Assembly: GCF_006345805.1 (NCBI RefSeq)
Contig: NC_042997.1
Coordinates: forward strand, 148,118,001 to 148,182,000
Direction of reading: 5' to 3'
Origin: Octopus sinensis
Lineage: Eukaryota
Length of the DNA: 64,000 bases
Made by a program: the position numbers and the translations under genes. The notes beneath the pieces are model-generated. The model saw nothing but the letters and a program-made list of their open reading frames with translations. It searched no databases and was not told the DNA's origin. Below are positions 1-11,760 of the stretch, one piece after another (within the stretch, counting starts at the first letter, position 1; the number at the start of each line of letters is the position of its first letter).

Positions 1-1225
1 ACATACACGCATGGACACATACATACATACACACACGCGTACATATACATACATACATACACATACACATACACACACACACTTACACACATACACCCGT
101 CCATAAATACATACACACACACTTACATACACATACATACATACACACTTACACACATACACACACATACACACACGCATACACACATACATACATATAT
201 ACACACATACAAACACACATACATACATAGATACATACATACACAAACATACATATACATACATACATACATACATACACACATACACACATACACACAT
301 ACACACATACACACACACGCACGCACACATACATACATACACACACATACATACACACACACGTACATACATACATACATACACACAAACTTACACACAT
401 ACAGATACATACATACATACATACATACACACACATACACACACATACACACACATACATACATAGGCACATACACACACACATATACATACATACACAC
501 ATACACACACATATATATATATACATACATACACACACATACATAAACATACATACACACATACGTACATACATACATACACACACACATACATACATAC
601 GTACGTACATATATACATACACACACATACATACACACATACATACGTACATACACACATACACACACATACATACATACATACACGCATGCATACACAC
701 ATACACACACATACACACATACATACATACACACACGCATACATATACATACATACACATACACACACATACACACATACATACACACACACATATAAAC
801 ACATATATAAGCCCCTACATTGTACACACACGCACACATATATACATACATTCACTCGCACGCACGTACACACACACGCACACACACACACATTTACATA
901 TATATATACTATACACTCACACACACATACACGCGTACAAACACACACAAACTCACATACACACCGACATATATACATACACAATATACACCTAACCGTG
1001 CACGCACACATACACACAAACACATACAAACGCACACATACACGCACACTCATACACGTACATACATACACTCTCACACAAATAAACCCACATATACACC
1101 CCTACACACACACACGCACGTACAAGCACACACGTACTAGGTTACGCCACACACACACACTCTACGTATACACACACGAACACACACATGCACACACACA
1201 CACACTACAAACAACACATACACTA
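1..1225. repeat. Compound CA/TACA microsatellite tract
   Basis: Continuous degenerate (CA)n/(TACA)n; the overlapping ORFs are V/C/M/Y or H/T low-complexity translations. Confidence 0.95.
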
Positions 1226-1661
1226 TGATACATATAGCCCTTTGTTTTTTTACACAAACAGCTAGCAGTCATCACCACAGCTGGCTTTGTCATTACCTTT
1301 ATTCATCAAAAAATACACACACACACACATGCACGCACAAACACACTTGTCATCGTGCACACACACACACACAGGCATTCCCTTTTTTTGGAACTCTCTT
1401 GCATTATAAAACCATTTTTCAACTACCTCCAAATTCTGTTCTTTTCAACATGTGATCTCTTAAGCACCACCAGCTCAAATATTGTCTCCTCTGTCTTCCC
1501 TCCTTGGGATCTTTCCTTCTCCTTGTTTCCGACGAAAGGTTAAACTCGAAAGGTTAAACCCTCCTTCCCTTCTTTCCTGAGCGTCAATAATACTTTAATT
1601 GTTCCACGTCCTGCGTTGCTGTGCTTTTTTCTCTTTTTTTTTTGTGTATTCTTGTTTGGAT

Positions 1662-1700
<39 letters not shown>

Positions 1701-1776
1701 TTAAGGTATGTAGAAAAATACAACATGGACAAGAACGTATAACTCTTAGAAGACGACACAATAAACATGGACAGGA

Positions 1777-1941
1777 CATTCGAACCCCTCAGTCTTCAGT
1801 CAAGAACCGGATCATCGTAGTAATTTCGGCTGATTAATCTTGAGATTACTAGATCACGGCCAGCCCTCCAAGAAAAACTAAGCAACGAGCATTAGAAAAA
1901 CTAAGCTGGAAGCGTAGATTTCCTGGAAGAAGGATCGAATG
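1777..1941 (-). ncRNA. Structured RNA with hammerhead core segments in permuted order (copy 1)
   Basis: Minus strand: AGUAA-UC-UCAAGA...CAGCC-GAAA-UUACU...UCUUGA-CUGAAGA, enclosed by the CAUUCGA/UUCGAAUG stem; helices covary with the 45.1 kb copy. Confidence 0.5.
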
Positions 1942-2381
1942 CATACGAACACCAGGACAGCAAAAGGGACAGATATAAAAGAACAAAAAACAATAATGGA
2001 ATACAGAAACATGAAATACAGAAGCATTAACGGTGAAACAACAAGTGTCTTACGACTGATAACAAGCAAACAAATTTTTTCTCTGGCGCATTGGAAGAAG
2101 CCTTTATAGCGGCGGACGAAAAACAACGATGTTAACACGACGAGGGTCAGGAGCTGAAAGGCAGATTTCGGCCAACAGTCACGTGACAGAGAAGAGGGAA
2201 AAGAAAAGAAAGAGAAGCAAAGGAAGAGAGAGAGAGACGAGGGACAAAACGCAACAAAGAGAGAGAAGAGAGAGAAAGAAGGGATCAGAGAGGAGAAGGG
2301 ATGGGTGTCGAAGAATGACCTGTGAGTGCAGAGCGAGACAAAGAAATAGGAGGGTAAAGAGAAGAGAAAAAGAGGATGAGT

Positions 2382-2414
<33 letters not shown>

Positions 2415-2607
2415 GGGGACAGATCAAGTAAAAATGAGAGAGAGAGGGAGACAAAAAGAGAGTCGTACCAATTATTAAGAATATGTGCTCACATTAATGA
2501 TAAGGTGGGTACGGGGCGCCTGGAATATATGTTAAGGTATGTAGAAAAATACAACATGGACAAGAACGTATAACTCTTAGAAGACGACACAATAAACATG
2601 GACAGGA

Positions 2608-2772
2608 CATTCGAACCCCTCAGTCTTCAGTCAAGAACCGGATCATCGTAGTAATTTCGGCTGATTAATCTTGAGATTACTAGATCACGGCCAGCCCTCC
2701 AAGAAAAACTAAGCAACGAGCATTAGAAAAACTAAGCTGGAAGCGTAGATTTCCTGGAAGAAGGATCGAATG
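2608..2772 (-). ncRNA. Structured RNA with hammerhead core segments in permuted order (copy 2)
   Basis: Identical to 1777-1941, offset 831 bp. Confidence 0.5.
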
Positions 2773-2889
2773 CATACGAACACCAGGACAGCAAAAGGGA
2801 CAGATATAAAAGAACAAAAAACAATAATGGAATACAGAAACATGAATATATATATATATATATATACATATACATAAATGTGTGTGTGC

Positions 2890-3034
2890 AGGTGCGGGAA
2901 TGGTAAGTAGTTTGCTTACCAACCACATGGCTCCAGGTTCAGTCCTACTGCGTGCACCTTCGGCTTCTATACCCTCGGGCCAACCAAAGACCTCTGAGTG
3001 GATGAGGTAGACGGAAACTGAAAGTAACCTGCCG

Positions 3035-3035
<1 letters not shown>
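2890..3035 (+). mobile_element. SINE family B (tRNA-like head, ends in TA tail)
   Basis: GTAAGTAGTTTGCTTACCAACCACATGG...GGTTCAGTCC (B-box-like)...GGTAGACGGAAACTGAAAG; homologous to 53655-53825, 56660-56800 and 49085-49190. Confidence 0.75.
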
Positions 3036-3112
<77 letters not shown>

Positions 3113-3210
3113 AAATAGAAAGATGAATAATCTTGTAGTGGATTAATCTTAGGAGCACAGTTCGATTTGTTTTTTGCTCTGCCTCTGTTCTGTTTTTGTT
3201 TTTCCAACGG

Positions 3211-3320
3211 ATTTCCTTTTTTCTTCCTGAAGAGAAAGACACAATATGGTCCCATTATTCAATCGGATTTGGTAATTTGTGCCTTTCGAAACACGTGTAG
3301 AATGAAATAAAACGATTTCT
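3211..3320 (+). ncRNA. Type I hammerhead ribozyme, long stem II family
   Basis: CTGAAGA 3227-3233; stem II GAAAG/CTTTC plus CACAA/TTGTG (54 nt); GAAA 3288-3291; C-ACGT-G stem III; GUA site at 3297-3299; short stem I TTC/GAA. Downstream GTTCAGCTCCATTTCTTC matches the 4.8 kb element end. Confidence 0.7.
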
Positions 3321-3367
3321 GTTCAATCTGCGTTCAGCTCCATTTCTTCAATTCACCAATAATGTTT

Positions 3368-3515
<148 letters not shown>

Positions 3516-4005
3516 GACCTGATGGTAATATCAAGAAAACTTACTGCTTCTGGTTTGAGATAAATATCATTTAATAGAAACCATACATGTTTTTGTGTGC
3601 TACTAATACCGTCATCTGTTGAGAAGTACATAAAAAATATAGTCATCAGACACAAACTACATATAATGAAATTAAAAGTTGAATGAGAGACGAATCGCGA
3701 AAAGTTCAGAGGGAAGCATAAAAATAAACGGAAAACGAAAAAGTAAAAATTGAAATGTAAACAAGGTAAACCACAATTTCCATATGCTTCCCTCTCAACT
3801 TGTTGCTTTTTTCTCTCATTCGATTGTAAATTCGTTATATGCGGTTTGTTGCTGATGAATATGTTTGAAGTATTTCTCAAAATCTGAAACTATTAGTAGC
3901 ACACAATAGTATGTATTATGTCTATTAAATAATATAAATGTAAACGCACCAACACCGGTTTTCAAGCGATAGTGTTGAACAAAGGCACATACGGCTACCT
4001 TCCCC

Positions 4006-4038
<33 letters not shown>

Positions 4039-4039
4039 T

Positions 4040-4072
<33 letters not shown>

Positions 4073-4128
4073 TGTGTGTGTACGCTTATATCTATCTATC
4101 AAAAATATTTCTCTCTATACACACACAC

Positions 4129-4179
<51 letters not shown>

Positions 4180-4290
4180 CACATACACACAAACAAGTAT
4201 ATAAATATAGGATAGTGGTACAACAATAGTGGCACCAATATTTACTGGAAATAGCAGACGATAATATACGATACTACAGTAAAGCTTCAC

Positions 4291-4338
<48 letters not shown>

Positions 4339-4389
4339 GTGAGGGAAGAAATGGAGCTGAACGAAGATTTTACAAAATTCCTTTTTAGT

Positions 4390-4475
4390 ATTTTCTACAT
4401 ATGTTTCAAAGGCTGCAAAGTCCCTAATTCGGATTGAATAAGGAGACCATTTTGCAGCTTTCTCTTCAGGAAAAT
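4390..4475 (-). ncRNA. Type I hammerhead ribozyme (left arm)
   Basis: Minus strand: ATTTTC-CTGAAGA(4469-4463)-GAAAGCTGCAAA...TTTGCAGCCTTT-GAAA-C ATAT G-TA-GAAAAT; predicted cut between 4396 and 4395. Confidence 0.75.
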
Positions 4476-4655
4476 CCAGGAACTTAAATCTCCAACAAAA
4501 TGCGCAGCAAGCTTTTCGACAAACGCTCTCTAGGAGCCCATGGTATGAATGGCACCAGGAGCCCATGGTATGAATGGCACCATTCATACCATGGGCTCCT
4601 AGAGAGCGTTTGTCGAAAGCTTGCTGCGCATTTGTTGGAGATTTTAAGTTCCTGG

Positions 4656-4741
4656 ATTTTCCTGAAGAGGAAGCTGCAAAATGGTCTCCTTATTCAATCC
4701 GAATTAGGGACTTTGCAGCCTTTGAAACATATGTAGAAAAT
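4656..4741 (+). ncRNA. Type I hammerhead ribozyme (right arm)
   Basis: Stem I ATTTTC/GAAAAT; CTGAAGA 4662-4668; 55-nt stem II; GAAA 4724-4727; C-ATAT-G; GUA with predicted cut after 4735. Confidence 0.75.
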
Positions 4742-5899
4742 AATAAAAAGGAATTTTGTAAAATCTTCGTTCAGCTCCATTTCTTCCCTCACTAAATATA
4801 AAAAAACTTCAAATTTCCGCACTAAGGCACGGTTTTGAGACCCCATGGTCGTAACCTCAACCATGATTTTTCTGTTGTGATTTTTGCTACCCAGGTATCG
4901 GTTATAATTTGAATAATCCGTAACAAGATAATTCATTTATCCATTTCAATAAAAAAATATATATATATATACTCTAATATCGACACACACATATATATAT
5001 TCATTATATACACACATGCATATACACACATACACATACAAACATACTCACACACTCATACACACCTACACACATGCATATAGATATAAATATAAACCGG
5101 GATTTCACCACATATCATATCAGAAGATATTTCAAATACACAATTATTAGAATTTGACATGTATGTATTAGTATGATTGTAACACAATACACAAATCCCG
5201 GTGAATACATCTAAGCATTGATTCACTAAATGAGCGCTCAAAAATAATTTTGAAATATGTGAAAAAAGGGAAAATCTGTGAGTGAAATAAATATTCGAAA
5301 TGAACACATCTCGAATACACCCACAACTTTTATCATTATATTCATCCTATCTTAAAGGCATCTCAGTATTTAGTCGTCTGCTCGCCTCATCAAGCCGTGC
5401 GGCATACGACAGATTGCTGTAAAGCCACATTATAAATCACATCAGGTTAGACAGATTTAAGTATAATATTGCCAAGTTATGCAAAGGGAATGAAGTGGCC
5501 CTGTTTTTATGACGTAGTAAAAATGCCTGTGAATTGTTTGACATGGAAATACATTGAGAAAAGTTAACATTCAGGGAAACATTTTTACGTATGTATTAAA
5601 TAAACCCATAGGATGTACATAGAGCATATCTTAAATGGTGTAGTCGGATCTACAACTAAACAGTATATGAAATACATAAACGGGAAAAATTCACGTAAAA
5701 ATTACCCATGGCTAAATGTACTTTTATATGTATAATTACATTATGTTAACCTTCCAAGGTATCTAAATGTTTTGTTGATTTCCCCATTATATTCAGTTTA
5801 AATAAGTTATATTCCACTGAAGCTGTGCTATAAATAGCAGGCGGCCATGCCCGGTTGTATATAGCGACTAGTAAGCAATATAGATTCGAGTAGTCCCGA

Positions 5900-6140
5900 A
5901 TATTTTCATATCCGCTGTTTCCAGGATGAGCGGACTAGACGTCGCGAAGAAAAGCGGAGACAGCTCAAGGAAAGTCAGCCATTTTCGCTGATCTCAGTGT
6001 AATCGGACATGTGCCTCCAGAATCGGCCTTTTCAGCCACTAGAAGGCCTGCCAATACCACCAAGACAACCTCTAATGATCAAAGACGACGTCTTCATCTG
6101 TCTCAAGACATACTGCCTTAAACAAGTAAGCAAGTAAGCA
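5900..6140 (+). mobile_element. 3' end of an RTE-clade LINE (decayed ORF2 C-terminus, 3'UTR, short tandem tail)
   Basis: FQDERTRRREEKRRQLKE, then after a frameshift SQCNRTCASRIGLFSH*KAC (C..C.SRIGL.SH...C motif typical of RTE ORF2 ends); tail AAGTAAGCAAGTAAGCAG. Confidence 0.75.
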
Positions 6141-7810
6141 GAAAATAATAAATAAATAAGGCGTGAACTTGTATATACTACCGAAATTCAAGCCACTGAC
6201 GTACGGAGAACGATACTAATAAAAAGGCAATCTTATTATGTATGAAATGCAATATAAATTTCTTAACGCGTAGGCTACATGGGCTTTACTTCTTACATGC
6301 ACTAAAGCTGAAATCATTGCATAATATTCGTATCGTGTGTCATCTAATAGATTTAAAAGTTTGCTGTGATTACTAATTGTAGATACTGTATTAATCTTTT
6401 TGAATAATTTATGTAGTTGAGCTAGTAGAAAGCAAAAAATATTCTGTTATTTACGTACATAATGCGCAATATTTTACAAATAATAACTTGAGAAAAAGAT
6501 GACATTAACGAATATTTTCACCAAATTATTCTACATACAACACGTAATAAAATCATTAACAAGAACCTCACCAGTTTTTCTGGAACTGCCTAATCTAATT
6601 CAAATATTATAATGACCATAAGATAAGCTATTAAAATTACATTGTCATTCATGTAGCGTAAACGTAAGAATGAAATGGAGTATTTGCCTTATTATTCTTT
6701 CGTTAATTCATTATTTCATTATTTCGTTATATAAAATTGCTATTGTAATTACGCTCGATCATTCAGAAACAGAACCATTCAATATGAAATTTTATTGCTA
6801 TAACCATGAAACTAATCTTGATTTACTGCTGCATTTTTAGACATAAGTCGCACTAGGAAATGTATGAACTATTGAACTAAGAGCTCTTCATTACTTTTCT
6901 TTACTAACACCATTGTTTGCAGTTTCCTGCGTTGCGAGACCATTGTAGTGAATTTCATCACTTAGTCTACTGGTATTTGCACTGTCAGCTGTTGTTTTTT
7001 CTACAATCGTTTGTATTTTCTTCCATAAATATATTTTTCCTTTTTTCCCCTCTTCCCCATCAATATTTCATTATCATAGTTATCCATACATGAGATGTGA
7101 TAAAGAAATTTTATCGATTATATATGGTACATAAACCCAAACTATATATTAATAATAAACATAGTTGCGCATACAATTTTACTGAGACGCCATCTCATTA
7201 AACAATAATGATTAGATGGAGTCTGAAGGGCTAGGTTCATCTTTTCTTAAACCTATTATTTTGATTATTGTAACTGAATGGAGACAAAGGGAAAGGGAGG
7301 TCGTATAAGGAGAGTCGTTTCGGAGAGGATATGTGAACGAAAAACAGATAAGAAAGGGAAGTGTGAATGTTGAAAATAGGAAAAAGGACATCGAAGGACA
7401 AAACGAAAGTTAAAGTGAGAGGTCAAAGAAATATAATGATATGTTACTTGGTGTGAAAACAACCCTAATACCCCAAGGCCATGAATGTAATTATTTTAAT
7501 TCTGAAAAAGTTTCTATTGAATTAAGCTGGTTTATTGGTTAAAAAATTATCGATGCCTCTTTCTATACATTCACGGTAAAATTCGCCTGAAACCATGAGA
7601 ATATTAGCTTTCAAACTGATTTATGTTAGTATATTATCAATGGTTTAAATTTTTAGAAATATTTAGAAAACAATGTTATAGACTATGAATTCTTAAACGA
7701 AGAAAAGGATATATAATTGTCTCAAGCAAATAATGAAAAGGAAACAAAAGGAAACAAATCAATTAATTATAGATGAACATTATATTTCCTATTGAATTTG
7801 CAAAAGATAA

Positions 7811-8018
7811 ATATTCTGTTGTGTCTGGCGAGAGTCATTTTCTTTTTGTGCCTTATAATTTAACACACTCACCGGTAAAATTTCCACTTATTCCTTATTT
7901 TTATTTTCCTAGGAAAATAGGAAAATAAAATTAAAGAATAAGTGGAAATCTTATCGGTAAGTGTGTTAAATTATAAGGCACAAAAAGAAAATGACTCTCC
8001 CCAGACACAACAGAATAT
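7811..8018. repeat. 208-bp imperfect palindrome
   Basis: ATATTCTGTTGTGTCTGG...CCAGACACAACAGAATAT; centre TTTTCCT|AGGAAAA at 7910/7911. Confidence 0.9.
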
Positions 8019-8202
8019 GCTTCAACACACGAACTCATATAAAGAATCTTGCAAATCAAATCCAAAAACAGAAGGTAAATAAATAGACCGGCAACTTCAA
8101 AAGAACAACAGCATTAGACAAAATACCAACTTCTTAACGCTTTATGATCTATAATGTGATTTAAAATTTTCAGAATGATTCATATATGTAATATATAATA
8201 TA

Positions 8203-8233
<31 letters not shown>

Positions 8234-8426
8234 GGTATGTATGTATGTATGTATGTATGTATGTATGTATGTGTGCATGTATGTACGTATGTATGTATGT
8301 ATGTTTGTATGTATGCATGTATGTGAGTATATATATGTATGTGTATATACTTGCATATATATATGTATATATATACATATATATATATATATACACACAC
8401 ACTATTATATATATATATATATATAT

Positions 8427-8474
<48 letters not shown>

Positions 8475-8580
8475 GAGTGAAACGACCCCCCTTCAATGGA
8501 CGGTGCTGAGTTGTCAAACATTTAAACCAAATTTTCTCACAACAACTTGTACGACCGTCCCATAGTCCCCCCTTTGAGAA

Positions 8581-8956
8581 ACACTGATCTAACCTAAATT
8601 TGAGACACCAGCAAAGAAGAAATAAAGATAGAAGTTTTTTTCTATTCCAAAGAAAAACTATTTTATTCACACAAATATGCAGCCTAAGAGTTTAAAGTAC
8701 CAGTAATGATAGGGCTGTTAACTGGGAGAACACAAACATGGTTTAAACGGTAAGCTTGGCAGGAAAGAACACTGATCTAACCTAAATTTGAGACACCAGC
8801 AAAGAAGAAATAAAGATAGAAGTTTTTTTCTATTCCAAAGAAAAACTATTTTATTCACACAAATATGCAGCCTAAGAGTTTAAAGTACCAGTAATGATAG
8901 GGCTGTTAACTGGGAGAACACAAACATGGTTTAAACGGTAAGCTTGGCAGGAAAGA
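8581..8956. repeat. Perfect 188-bp tandem duplication
   Basis: 8581-8768 equals 8769-8956 by eye. Confidence 0.9.
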
Positions 8957-9069
8957 AACGTGTCTTTAAACAGTACAAAAACAACAAAAAATGGAAGGTG
9001 CAGTTATGTACAGGTTGACGGAAGAATAGCAGAACAAAAACGGCTTTATCAATTGCATTCTCACCGGGA

Positions 9070-9212
9070 ATCGATTTTTAATTTTTTTTCAAGAGTTATA
9101 CATGCCCTGATACCGTCGGTATCTACATATCAAATTTGAGCGCTATCGGATGGAGGATGCTCGAGATCCAAGAAGACAGACACACAGACAGAACGGATTT
9201 TATATAATAGCT
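9070..9212 (-). mobile_element. 5' end fragment of a Helitron-like non-autonomous repeat
   Basis: Reverse complement reads CTATTATATAAAATCCGTTCTGTCTGTGTGTCTGTC..., the same style as the 36.9 and 51.2 kb termini. Confidence 0.4.
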
Positions 9213-9340
9213 ATGTATCTTTAAATATATGTATATATATATATATATATATGGGGAGAGTTTACAAAAAAAAAAGACGAAGACAGGTGGTGTACAAAAC
9301 AAACAGATGTATTAGTATAACGCTCAGGAATAGAAAAAGT

Positions 9341-9378
9341 CTTTTACGTTTTGAGCTTACGCTCTTCTACAGAAAGGG
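9341..9378 (-). ncRNA. Decayed minimal hammerhead
   Basis: CCCTTT-CTGTAGA-A-GAGC GTAA GCTC-AAAAC-GTA-AAAG: stems I and II intact, two core substitutions. Confidence 0.45.
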
Positions 9379-10085
9379 ACACAGAAAGAAACAAGGAGAG
9401 AAAAAAATGTGTGTAGTGGCTAACGATCTAGTGATAAATTCTTCGACCAACAATAATAATAGTAATTTCTTCAAACATGCGATCTCGTGAAGTCACATAC
9501 CAAGCAAGAGAAATTATATAATTAATAATTAGGAATTATGTATGCGCATTTAAAACAAATATTGCATGTATTCATTATAGTAGAAAAATGATAATGAAAT
9601 TCAAGTTTAAGTTGTGTAAATGCAGGTACAAGAAAACAATGGTTCATTGCTATTTACCTATGCACACACACACACACGCACACACACACACATGTACCTA
9701 CTTGTATACTCACAAAAATAAGCATATACGTATTTAATTTTGATACCGACTTGCCAACATCCACAAAAAGACAGTATAGTTGGTCAAGTGCATTTTTTAT
9801 TATCGCTATAGCGAAAATGAAGAATATGTAAATTCAAGGTTTACGGTTTTTACACCTAGAACCTAAAGAAGCAAGAATGATATTTGAAAGCATCTTATTC
9901 TTGTCCTATATCATTGTGTCTCTGCAAAATTCAGCAACGTATGTTAATAACCTGTATATTAGGCTTCACTGTCATAAGAAAAGAAATGATTGTTACATTT
10001 ACAAACCTGAAGGCAGTGTAGTATTTTATATTTTATATGTATGTGAGTATATTACGCACACTCATACATACACACACACACTTAG

Positions 10086-10117
<32 letters not shown>

Positions 10118-10250
10118 AGTATATATAGTATATCTATAGATATACATATATAGTATTACCTATATGATACATACATATATATATAAATATCTATATATAT
10201 ATATACATAATACATACATAAATACATATATCTAATATATAATACATATA

Positions 10251-10299
<49 letters not shown>

Positions 10300-11029
10300 T
10301 ATATATATATAATATATTTATATATAATAGATATATAAATATACATATGTATATGTGAATTGTATTTTTTGTAAATGATGCTGAGTACAATTAAATTGGT
10401 TATTAATTTAAAATTTATCAAGAATATATGAAAGAAGATACATTAATATAGAAAACCATCAGGTGGTGAGCAGTTAAATTATACAAAATTACACTTTATG
10501 TAACATGTTCAAGATAAAGTTAAGAATTTAAAAGTTCCTAATATAAAATGTCATCTACTAACACACTCAAGTTTGATTTCGTATTATTCTTTTCCTTTGT
10601 TCGTGTTTGTTCGATATACTTTGATTTAATATAAATTGTGTGACGATAGTAATAAAATCTGTCTGGAACAACTCAACCTTCTACAATAGTAACTTTTGTG
10701 AACATGTGTACTATAACAACGACGATTTTACGAATCAATTTAAACGATATTGCAGTAAGTTATTGAATATTGCAATTATATTTGTTAACAGCAGGGGAAA
10801 ATTGAAACCTTGAAGTACTATCAACATATACTAATGGTGTTACGAGCCTAGAAATGTCGTATTCAGGCTAGGAATAGCAGTCAAATCCCTCTGAAAAATC
10901 ACAGTATATCATCTTAGAGAATGTTCGTGGTAAGCCTGTTCTGAAAGTAAAAAAAACAAAAACTGAATTGGTTATATCTTAACTTACTCGACTCAGCTGG
11001 AGGTTAAACAACGCAGACAAACTTGCATT

Positions 11030-11760
11030 CAAAAGAGCAATGTATGAAGTAGTACACAAAATATTACTGGCGTAACTGTTTTTTCAAATGAATTGAAAGT
11101 AAAATGAACACCAGCGTGCTTGTATTTGCAATCTGTATCAATTGTAATGAAAATATTTTTACTCTCTGTCATAAAATCAGAATAAAATTTCGTTAATATT
11201 TGTAAAAATATATTCTGCATTTGATTTATTTAAAACAAACATCTGGAATATTAACCATTAAGTTTGTTCCCAAAATCTATAAACTATTCTAATGTTGACA
11301 TATAGTGACGTCAATCAAATGCATTTTATAGTTCAGCTCAACATAAAGGCTGCATAAATCTTGCTCAATTCTTTCATAAACATTATTTCCTCACATGTTA
11401 TGTGGATTGCTTTTTAAAATGTCATTCTGAAAAATGGAGGAAGAATCTTATGTAATATTATAAAGTGCCATATTTGTGACTTTGTCTCCATATTTTAGGA
11501 GAGTGGGAAAACTAGATACTTTTTGTAACTTCAAAAGCTCATTTATGATTGTATTAATAAATGATAAAATTGTAGTGATTGTGAAAGTAAACGACTGTAT
11601 ACTATTTAATATTTTCTGTTTATTATTGTAAAATAAAAGTGCAAATATATTTAATAGTTGTTTATTTCGCTTTTTACATTTGCTTTGAAATTTCTCATCC
11701 TTAGAGATAAACTGCAACACTGTGTCTCGTTTATTTAAATACTTCACTTGGAAATAATGT
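11030..11760 (-). pseudogene. Possible decayed hAT-type transposase remnant
   Basis: KRDTVLQFISKD...LLNIF...ELLKLQKVSSFPTL loosely resembles Charlie/SPIN-like hAT C-terminal region; no catalytic motif seen. Confidence 0.25.

Larger units (their letters stand above)
1701..2846 (-). mobile_element. Non-coding element with 315-bp identical direct terminal repeats (unit period 831 bp); retrozyme-, TRIM- or non-autonomous Penelope-like
   Basis: 1701-2015 is repeated at 2532-2846 (TTAAGGTATGTAG...AGAAACATGAA). GA-rich interior, (TA)n on both flanks, no ORF. A diverged copy lies in opposite orientation at about 44.6-45.3 kb. Confidence 0.75.
4331..4800. repeat. 470-bp near-perfect palindrome carrying a hammerhead in each arm
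   Basis: TATATTTAGTGAGGGAAGAA...TTCTTCCCTCACTAAATATA; centre at about 4578 with a 25-bp tandem duplication (4532-4556 and 4557-4581). Confidence 0.95.

Noticed and set aside
123-1228. Long ORFs (up to 242 aa) and similar ones at 8.1, 14.1, 16.8, 24.4, 37.5, 42.9, 57-59.6 and 62.9 kb
   Set aside because: Stop-free translations of CA/TA/TACA/TAC microsatellites; not proteins.
3570-3930. CTGATGA...GAAAC at about 3853-3890 and an imperfect inverted repeat with 3570-3615
   Set aside because: Stem I does not pair and the partner copy has CAGATGA/AAAAAC; may be very old HHR relics but cannot be supported.
5826-5990. TATAAATA followed by ATG AGC GGA (histone-like start)
   Set aside because: The frame stops after 21 codons; other frames are better explained as an RTE ORF2 3' end.
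6885-7065. Minus-strand open frame ending ...NNGVSKEK** as a possible terminal exon
   Set aside because: No polypyrimidine acceptor, no recognisable domain and an upstream in-frame stop.
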